A DNA stretch of 61,920 nt, filler included, from Choristocarpus tenellus KU-1152 (Eukaryota > Protista > Phaeophyceae): NCBI GenBank assembly GCA_964200185.2. It is 9 parts of 9 records of this genome, joined end to end, with 100 filler letters (N's around TTAATTAATTAA, not from the genome) between each part and the next. Parts side by side here need not be neighbours in the genome. Positions count along the whole stretch, not along the records: positions 50,383 to 56,121 come from CAXNAD020009872.1; positions 56,222 to 59,111 come from CAXNAD020023886.1; positions 59,212 to 61,920 come from CAXNAD020025429.1; 6 more parts are not named here. One strand, 5' to 3'. Of this stretch, positions 52,300 through 61,920 are shown piece by piece (within the stretch, counting starts at the first letter, position 1; every line of letters begins with the position of its first letter). Position numbers and translations under genes: made by a program. The notes under the pieces were generated by a model, which was given only the letters and a program-made list of their open reading frames with translations, made no database searches and had not been told where the DNA came from.

Positions 52300-54589
52300 C
52301 TGTCTATGGGCTATTTCTCTCCATGAGCCCACCCCAAAATGAACCAGAGAGGTTTCTCAGAAGCGCTAACTTAGTGTTCAACTGAAATTCCTAATAGGAG
52401 TGCAACGCTTAACGCAGTTAAGTCCCAACCTCCCTCGTCGTCGACGACTCTTCAAAGGATATTATACCACAGAACTGGCACGACACGAGGGTATTGATTG
52501 ATTGGCAAGGACACCCAAGTCTATGCACTTCGGGACGTCTCTTGTTTTAAGGTCTTTTTTTAAAAGTTCTCATCGACAAAAGAATGATCCAATATCCAAT
52601 CATTAAGAAAATCAAACGCAAGAACATTGATAGATCCAGCAATTGTATTTAATAGAAGTACATGACTGGCTCTACACCTCCTTACTTATCATACAACAAT
52701 TCTAACTTAGACTTCACCAGACCTTGAAATCTAAAAGAAGTGTTTTGTTGTGCTAGAAACGGTCACATGCCATGCCATCCAGTGAAGACCCATTTCCCAA
52801 ACTGCGTGACAGAACTGACAAACTGACGCACAATCATATTATTGGCGTTGTTTCATATACATATATGTGATATCTTTGCTGAAACCTTGTGTGTTCTTCT
52901 TGTTGTGTAGATTCCAAAATTATAGATATCTTCATTGAATTTTTCAGGCAAGTTATTAGCCCACAAGATAAAGATTAGAGAGTCAGTTCTGGAGCATGTT
53001 GTTCTTCTATGTTTGGCGTGTACTGGTGTCCTTATGAGGAGGGAAGGCACTACTGTGATCGTGAAGGCTATATATAATAGGGAGGAACAAACTTGGTGGA
53101 TCGAAAACAAGAAATGTCAGCTCAACTTAGAAAATAATGTAATAAATAGAATAGAAGGCCAGTGGTGGTGAGGGGTACTATCTCTGGTTTAGAAGATCTG
53201 AAATTCCAGTGCGGGCTGTTTCACAATGGATGGTTGTTCTAGTTGAGTAATGCATCCACAGTCGATAACGTTTGGAACCTACACAGTTTTCACACTCCAG
53301 GAACAATAAAGGCAGTGAATGAAAAACGACTATACTAACAGTTGAAAAGAACGATCGCAATCACTTCCACCTAAACAGGAGTCCATGGATGGATGCATCC
53401 TTCCTTGTAGGTGCCACATTGAATAGTTCAAGAATATTGGGTATGAGGTCCTAAAATTATCTCACCAGCCAGATACCTCAAACCACGCTTCATACTCCCC
53501 TCCTTCTTGGCTCTCCATTGTTGGATGATAGTCCCCCTCGTCCTAAATCCATCCGTCGATCGCCCCCTCCCAGCGAAAATGGGACTATTGCCCACCAACG
53601 TTTCGTACTTAAGGACTCAATCGTTTACTAGCTTGGTAGGTAGTGGGTGATTGCTCTGCGTCAACTATACAATAAAATCTAGACATACAGAGTACGTTGT
53701 ACGTACTTCGGAGCATTTGCTTCCACCTTCAAGTGAGTGAAAGTTCGTTTTTTCATTTTCGTCGCTCTCATCCTAAATGAACCCCACCCCTGAACCAATT
53801 ACACTAGTAGTGTTCATGGAACCGAAGTCTCAGCATCAGTCGCCTACTAGCTCTATGTTGTGCAAGATTCCTCTATGGGACGAGTGGCTTGTTCAAGTAT
53901 TGTCATCGCATTTATTAGTGCAGAATGATCGAAGCGGCCATCTGAGCAGAGATGCGCCTGTAGATCGTAGGGGATTTGCAACGATGTTCTTTCCAGTTTT
54001 TGTTGACTCCATATGCCGCCTTCCTTACAGCAAACAAAGAGCACTCCTACGGAAAATTTGAACCATGTAGGGTGCTGTGAGAAAGAGAGAGGGGGGTAAT
54101 GATCCTTCCGTCCATAGTCCACCTTGAAATATGCTTCGTGCTTTCTTGAAGTAGTAATTGTCAATAACAAACTAATACATGTATTCTGTGAGAGTCATCT
54201 TCTACAGAGGGTATATCCTGAAGGTGGCCTATCTTGAAGATATGATATTGGTATTACATTTCTTGCATGTTGAAGGTAACATCTCCTTTGAAGTAAGATC
54301 GGGTGGTTTGGAGTGACCTTGCCAAAAAAAAAACTCAGTTACCACTGGAACACTCTTTTCCCGAGTTATCTTCTGAGGGATTGCTCTCCCCCCTGACTTG
54401 TCTCTCTCTTTGACCTTGCCTCCTGTGGGTCTTCCCGCTCCCCTTCATTACAAAGAACCTGTCCGCTTGTTTCCATCTGTTTCACAATTCTGGAGTATAT
54501 TTTGGTTTAGTGATCATATTAATCAAACAACAGGTACTACGCCAATAGCGTTATCTATGTTGTTAGTTAATTGAGGTAAATACTTAATT

Positions 54590-54844
54590 CAAAATAATTG
54601 GGAGGTAGGCAGGTTTTGGTCCTTTTGCATTCGAAGCCATTTTTCTTACCCTGTGCAATACGCCCTATAAAATTGGTTCATGTGCACAAAATCGTGTGCG
54701 AAATTTATACTCCTCCTTTCCACCCACAAAATGACTCCACAACTAGGCAGAGGTCTTTCCTCTAATAATTGTACAAAAGGGGTTGTATTGACCGTTCCTC
54801 GGGATCTTTGAGAATGCAACCTTGCCTACCTCTCAATTATTTTG
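54590..54844. mobile_element. Third short TIR element (family C, ~255 bp)
   Basis: The left end CAAAATAATTGGGAGGTAGGCAGG and the reverse-complemented right end CAAAATAATTGAGAGGTAGGCAAGG form a ~24-bp inverted repeat. Only one copy in the window. Confidence 0.55.
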
Positions 54845-56095
54845 GCTGGCCAGCTTCATGTAACTAGTTGTGGCTAGTAAAAGAGGACCATTCCTCTTGA
54901 CTGAAAAGGAGCATCAATCCTTGTTTTAGTAACATATTGACGACATACAACGGCAATCGAAACCGTGACGGTGAAGTTACTGGTCTCTCGTCGTTGTTGC
55001 CATTGATGTTATTGTATGTAGACGTTGGTATAAAAAATAGTAGGCATCATGGACATTCACCATTCTCCTCCCCTTCTCTTTTTTCTCGGGTTTAAATTTC
55101 AAAAACGTAGGGAGTGACGTGTCTGGTATTATTATATATTATACATAATAGGAATACAAAAACCTACCATACATAATTCTTAACGTTTTAAATCGCACAG
55201 TGGACAGAGACCACCTTTTTTTGACTTTTTGGGATTGCAACAGAGTGTCGTTTATATTTTCTGCACGCGATTGTCTCACACGTAACTTCGGTCCTTTTTT
55301 TGTAAAATCTCTCCACTTCATGATCGAAAAACAAACTAGAAAAGGGTGTAAGTAGACCGCACGAATGTGGGTTCTGCATCTCATACATAGGATGAAAAGG
55401 TCAGATAACACAAATTTCTTTTATTTCTTTTACGTTATTGCTCCAATCCATGCTTGGGAAGTAATTCTGAGTCAAATCATACAAAACGTGTAGGTAGGTG
55501 CAACCCTCCTGTTGATATGGCGGCACCACGTTGATGTAGGAGTAAGGGGGGGTGGGAACCTTAATTTCGAGATTGAAATTGGAAAGTCGTTTTTCTCCTC
55601 TTTTTCTTCTTCTGTTTCACTTTCTTCTTTTTAACAGTGCTTATTTATCTCTCAAATGTTGGTGTGTATTACATATATATTGGCTTCTTCTGAGTACTAT
55701 TCGACCAACCCCTTACACTGGTGTGAATAACAATGACAACTCTAATAATACCTGGAAGAAATGCTAACAGTCATCGTTTTCTGATCAGGTGCGACTGTTG
55801 ACCTCCACAAACAACTACAGTTAGTGGTGATAATGATCGTATATCAACGTACCTTTGAGTGAGTCTTGTATTTGGAACGGTTGACTGGGCTCACAGGTTT
55901 TAAGCAGTAGTGACAAGTGTTTGATTTAAATTGATGGAAAGCATATAAATGTGGTTGAAACCCAATCTTACTACTATTACTGTCACATTCGTATCATCAC
56001 TACCTACACATTGTTACGGTGCCATCCGTTTTCCTATATTGTCCACAAACATTTTGCAGATGTTGCCATCATGCATGGAATAAGAAATAACATAA

Positions 56096-56121
56096 GGGTC
56101 AAAGTATCTGGGGGGGGGGGG
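56096..56121. mobile_element. Family B terminus at contig end
   Basis: GGGTCAAAGTATCT followed by a G-run into the spacer. Confidence 0.65.
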
Positions 56122-56221
56122 NNNNNNNNNNNNNNNNNNNNNNNNNNNNNNNNNNNNNNNNNNNNTTAATTAATTAANNNNNNNNNNNNNNNNNNNNNNN
56201 NNNNNNNNNNNNNNNNNNNNN

Positions 56222-56440
56222 GGGTCAAAATCCAATGTTACGATTTTGATGTAGTTTTGGCTATTGTGTTCGTTAGGAAGTGTCAATATATGTGTTTCGG
56301 ACACACCTTTTCATAACATAAGCATTTTACCTACTCCTAAACATTTTAGACTAGGAAAATGTCATAAAAACACCCATGGGAAACCAAGCCCCAAATGGAC
56401 AAACAGAGCAAATTCTGTACCCTCTAAGATACTTTCATTC
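56222..56440 (+). mobile_element. MITE-like family A, left end cut by the contig start
   Basis: AAAATCCAATGTTACGATTTTGAT ... TACCCTCTAAGATACTTTCATTC matches family A. Confidence 0.85.
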
Positions 56441-58086
56441 AAATCGTTTTTTGATTTTTCTAAATCAATTCAATCAAAGCACACATGCAGTGCTTGAGAC
56501 AAGCTAATCGTGAGGAAGTTGAAAGAGAAATCCCTCAGCACACACACACACGCACGCACGCATGCACACAATGAAATAAAAAAAACGGCTTCAAAAAACA
56601 AATGAAAAAAAACCAAACGATTTTGATGTTGATCTCTAGTCGATCAAATTGAGGCGATCTGAATCATATCAATTCGCAACACTGTGCTTGATCTATCCTG
56701 TACACCTTCCCCCAGAAGAATACTCAACCCCTTGCATCTACCTCACACACACAGGCTGGACAGCATAACAAAACAAAGCCAGTCGCTCCTTCAGCATAGG
56801 AACCAAGCCCTCGTGAGTGTACACTACACCTCTCTCTCTATTCACTCCACACCCATAACAGGTCACCTGTCCTTCTTGGTGATGAGATCACTACCGGGGG
56901 AAAATTTCGTCTCACATAGTTCCCATCCCATCTCCAGGGCAACCTCCCTAACAATCTTGTACTCACACTGTACACAGCTCGGACAGTGAGAGATATGGAA
57001 GGTGTGGGGATGGTAGCATAGGGATGGGGATTAACAGTGCAAAGCGGCAACCTCAACACTTTGTTCCATAAGCATTTTTTTTCTTATTTTAGAGGATTCA
57101 AGTGTTTCGCCCAAGTGAGGCAGAGGTATCCCAAGTTGCACTACACAACTTGAGTCAGCATGAAGCTTCTACAACTGGTATCCTCCGACGTCTCCATTTG
57201 CAGTGTGGATAATACTGCAGCTCCAGACATGTGTTAGACATGTGAAAAATAATCCACCGCAAGTTCATTCTGAATGGTGAAGTTGATCTACATAATCGTA
57301 GACCCCCCCCTGCCTGAACGAGGTTCTTCCCTGACATTTAATTTTGGACATATTTTGCTGCAATACTGCAACTATTACGACAACTCATCTTTTTGGCCAC
57401 TCATTGACAAGAGGAAAGGGCTTCAAGTTGCTGAGATAGGGTCAGGAGGTGTGTGTCTGTAATGTGTGTGTGTGTGTGTGTTGTGTATGTTCAACCTTCA
57501 TAGAAAACACAGTCTACCTCAACCATAAGTTGTTGCCATGTTTTAGACACCTAGGTTATCTTGCATGGAGGAAAAAATAACAGAGCTGTATGCAAGCTTC
57601 CAAGCTACCCTAATCTGATTCCTGGACCCATTTTTTTTCAGGTACCCCACCCTTCTCCTTCTGCTGTGAACATCTCCGAATTTCCATTTGCTCTTCCTTT
57701 ATTCTCTTCACTCACAATTATGTCTTCTCTCTCCAAAACCTTCCCCCACCTCTCTTTTCCTCTGGTCCCTTTTCATGCCTAGTATGGTGCTATTTTCTTG
57801 AGCGGCAAGTCCCTCACCTTGTGCTTCGACTACACAACCATACAAAGGAGGGTTAAGGTCTGATGTGCTCATTCCCAACGTTGTCATCACACAACCATGT
57901 GGATGTGTGTGATGCAATAGTCAAAACCTGAGTGAAGTTGACCTACTTCATCCCCTGGTTCGAGAGCAGCATGATATATCTTCCAAATACCCAGATGCAC
58001 CCGGCAAAGCCAGGAAGGATACTTATACACCTACCACACACTCAAACTGGATTCCACTCACACATACACATGGCACACCTGAGAGG

Positions 58087-58857
58087 AGTTCATGATGATT
58101 GGAGACAACCCCGAACGACGTTTTATACGTTTCTCTCCTTCTCTTACTTTCCCCTTCTCTGCCCCCCCCCTCCTCTCTCCCTTCTTCCTCCTCCTCCTCC
58201 TCCTCCTCCTCCTCCTCTCCTTCCATATCTGTGTCCCTAGCATGTGAGTCCCCTTGAACATCTTCTTGCAAGCACTTACGCTGCTTCACTCCCCGCTGTT
58301 TGTCTTGGAACAAGCTGGTAAGGTCAGCCTTAGTGAGTTCAACCATCGACTGGTGGGCCCTGATGTCATCCTGATGAAAAGCGTAAAGATATTGAGTTGT
58401 ACATGGTGCTAAGTACAAGGTCATTAACAATAAGAATTTATAACAACAAAAAAAACGACGATAGGGTTAGAGGATACTGTATATGAGCAGCAACATTTTT
58501 CTTTATCTAAGCACAAATTTGTTGAAACAAGTCTGAATAGGATAAATTTGGTGTGGAACACCCTCCACTTTATTGGAAATGTCGTAGCAATTTTTGTTGC
58601 AGTTCTTCCACAGTGTCAAAGTTAATGGGGGTGGTTGTACATACAGAAACATCATACGTTGACTTTTTCCTCCTTTCCCACCTCTTCTTCTTCCTCTTCC
58701 TCCCCCATCCCAGGGTCAGAACCATCTTCCTGCATAGAGGCATATTCCTCATTCAGCTGGCCATCGCAAAGATCAGGGGCTGTTGACAGTCGGCCAGGTA
58801 TTGTAGCCACCAAGCTACTTTGTGTCCTCTTGTGCCAATCACCATGTATTCCCTCTT
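58087..58857 (-). CDS. Possible exons of a Glu-rich low-complexity protein
   Basis: Two same-strand open stretches with poly-Glu tracts (...GMGEEEEEEEVGKEEK; DDIRAHQSMVELTKADL...MEGEEEEEEEEEEEE), with plausible splice sites. No domain recognised; boundaries are approximate. Confidence 0.35.
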
Positions 58858-59075
58858 CTATATACAACCAAATGAGTTAAGGTAGGGGGAGAAGAGGGTG
58901 GAGGGGAATAGAGGCAATGGAAATACGATTGAATCAGAGGAGTGTTGAGCGCCATGTACCGAACTACATGTGTATGATTATTGTGCCATGATCCGAGGGA
59001 CCTTGAGGATACTGGTGAGTATTTACACCTCGGTGGGTTTGTTCCGGGAAGAGGACCAGCACAAGAACAGCGTTA

Positions 59076-59111
59076 GAGTGAAAACGTATCTGGGGAGGGG
59101 GGGGGTGGCGG
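59076..59111 (+). mobile_element. Family B left terminus at contig end
   Basis: GAGTGAAAACGTATCT-G-run-TGGCGG into the spacer. Confidence 0.55.
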
Positions 59112-61857
59112 NNNNNNNNNNNNNNNNNNNNNNNNNNNNNNNNNNNNNNNNNNNNTTAATTAATTAANNNNNNNNNNNNNNNNNNNNNNNNNNNNNNNNN
59201 NNNNNNNNNNNTCTTTAAGGGGGTGTGTGTTTGTGTGTGGCCGCTACTCCCTCTTTCATTTCTCCTGGCCTTTGTGAAGGGGGGGGGGGCTGTGAGGGCA
59301 GTGCAATTTTGTGGGGAGATGAAAACTGAAGGAAGAGACAGTGGTGTGATGGAGGGGTGCTATGGTGGGTGCAACAAGCAGGCTAGTATGACCAGGGGGG
59401 TACTAGGATGTAGGTATTGCAGGGAGGTGTGACATGGATGGTGTTCTGGGGTCATAATCATTGAACTGTGCTGGTTAGGAGGTGGAGGGGCAGGGCGAGA
59501 AGGTTTGGGAGTTTTGAGTTTTGAGCTCTGTTCCAGATACTAGATTTTCAACACCTGAGGATTAAAAAATTATGCTGCAGTTGGGAACAGCAACGGTGCG
59601 AGTGATAACAATTGCTTGTTTTATGGCGTGCACAGTGAGTATTGAGGGGTTACCTAAAGGGATGCTGGATGGAGGAGAGGGGGGTGATTTCTCCTGGTGA
59701 AGGACCCCTGCTCAAATATATTTGTGACTCTCTGGGTTGTGCATGCACGGGGATGAGGGAAAGAGGAATTTATGTGTTAGAGGTGGAGGAGGAGGAGAAA
59801 CTGAGTAACAGGACCTCTCACACAAAAATGGAATTTGTTTCCCTGTATGTCTTTGGCGTGGATTATTGTTGTAGGTTGAGGGGGAAGGGAGGGATTTCGG
59901 CCAGTTGCAGAGGGGAATATACCGCAGTTATTATTGTGACCTGTCTATGCCATCCATCCGTCCCTCATAGGTGCAATGGTTGGCCTTTTGCACACAATTC
60001 TGGGGGTGAGATAGTCATGGGGGTTGGAATAGGAACAGGGGACTGGATGTGGAGATGGAGGGGGGGCTTGAAGGGGTTGGGTGCTGGCAATGCCAGGTAG
60101 GGATGGCTGGTGTCTCTGCCATAAGGTATAGTGCAGCAGGGTCCATGGCCCTTCCTTTTCAGGGCTAGGTAGTGTTTGATGTCATGTTGAGAGGTGGATG
60201 ATATCCTTTCTTGTTGGGAAGGGAAGGCAATGAGGGTGGAGTGGGTTTGGATGGGGATTGTGGGGGGAGGGAGATAGGAGCATGGAGGAGGAGAATTGAT
60301 TAGTCCCTGTTGTGTGGTTTGAATGTGTTTGCTAATGTTGTTGTGACCAACCAGGCTCAAGTTTGAGACATGCAGAACAAACAATGCACAGGAGGACATC
60401 GTGACTGGCCTTTGGGTAATCCTGGCTGAAGCAAAGAGCGGGTTGTAGAGGGTTTAAGAATGGCATGTGGAGTGCAAGGAGCACTGTAGTTCGCTCACCA
60501 ATTTGCAGAATTCACTCTGGGGAGGGGGTTGGAAAGAGGAGACTTACTCATTAATTGCTTCGTACCTAACTAAGCCTTACATTTATCACTTTCTAGGTGA
60601 TTGGAACCCTGTTGCTGGATATATGAGCTAATTACACCCCACCAATCAATATACAATATGGAGTATTGTCTCAGTGAAGACGTACTCTTGAACAAGTGTA
60701 TTTCTTAGAGCTTTAATGCCTCTTCCAACTGTTTCTGCCCTATTTTGAAGACCAGACGAACAAAACTGCAACAGATATACTCAAACTGTCACTATGAGGA
60801 AGCGTAGCAGGTGGGAGATAAAGAGCACTTCATAACCGCAGATTTGTCGGTTGAAAAACTCTGGTGAAAGACTGAAGCTGACCAAGATGGATTTGCTGCT
60901 CATTCCTAATTTATCAGTAGTTGTCGGTGATACATATTCATGTTTGGGTCATGTATTTTGGCATTCCCTTGTTTTGCTTATTTAATTCTTACAGTTTCAC
61001 CTTGTTTCTCTGTTCCTGTTAAAGTAATTCAGCATTTTATATAATTGAACTTGATATAAATCAATCGGTTTGAGGAGTTAGACCTACCTGCACTACATAC
61101 ATACGCAAAAACGTGTTTCTTCTGTTTTCTTGTGGCGTTTGCTGTCATGAGGAAGTAATGTGGAGCAGATATTGCACTGTGAAGTCAACTAATAAACCTT
61201 ACCAGTGTCGAGGGATGGGCATCAGTTAGGTTATTCTAAGCCCAGGAATATCTCTATTCCTGTAAGTAAGGCCTGTATCTACCTCTCCTTGGTGTCCCTC
61301 CCCCAGCCACTGTCCATCGAAAGAGACTGATTCAAGAACAAGAGTTAATTGGTTTCTTCTCTACAAAGGGATGATCAGTAGTCAGCAGGCCCAGATATCC
61401 CTGCCTTGGGTTACAATACCCCCATTGAGATCCTTCAACAAACCTCTGACCAGAGGAGTGGCCTAGTGGGCCTTTCTTCTCAACCTTGGTTTGGACAGGT
61501 GTGTCCAAATAGTGGGGAGCAGTCTAATAATGGTTGTAAGAACAGATCTAAGTCATTGCTCGCACCAAGATATAACAAGCAGCCTTGTCGATAAATAATT
61601 TAGAATCTTTGTGGCAGAGGAAGATGGGTCATAGTTGTGTCACAGTTACATACTGAGCACATACACTTTGGAGGGGGGGAAAGTTGAGTGTGCTCTCAAC
61701 TAATTTGAACGATAATTTTTTGTGTTTTTTTGTCCAATTTATCATTCAACATCCAAACACCACTAAGTCATACTTCTTTCATCTGACCAACATTGAAAAT
61801 ATTGTTACTTTGAGGCCTTTAGTTCATGTTTTTCGTTGGGTTTCTCCTGACTCTGGA

Positions 61858-61920
61858 GGGTCAAAGTATCTAGGGGGGGGGGGGAGCTACACCAGGGTAT
61901 CCGTTCAGGCCCTGACCAGG
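61858..61920 (-). mobile_element. Family B right terminus at window end
   Basis: GGGTCAAAGTATCTA-Gn-AGCTACACCAGGGTATCC...GACCAGG. Confidence 0.7.

Overview
Eukaryotic, intron-rich genomic DNA. The protein styles, TTAGGG repeats and flagellar genes suggest a stramenopile such as a brown alga or a relative (inference). The window is not one locus: nine unrelated contigs are joined by eight identical 100-bp artificial spacers (N44-TTAATTAATTAA-N44), so adjacency across spacers means nothing. Splice-phase-consistent gene models built by hand: a PP2C/PPM phosphatase (<1-13796, +); a calcineurin-A-like PPP phosphatase with unusual extensions and inserts (17710-~33300, +); four CFAP47-like exons (-); a TPR protein (-) head-to-head with an unknown ORF; the first two exons of CFAP161 (+); and probable first exons of an importin-beta-family gene (-). 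Non-coding DNA holds two related short TIR (MITE-like) families sharing GRG-YY-AAAGTATCT ends, a third TIR element, interstitial telomeric arrays and decayed retroelement relics. The most unexpected feature is a frameshifted, AT-rich fragment of a bacterial Tn3/gamma-delta-type resolvase about 270 bp upstream of the CFAP161 start codon. I found no intact novel multi-gene system.
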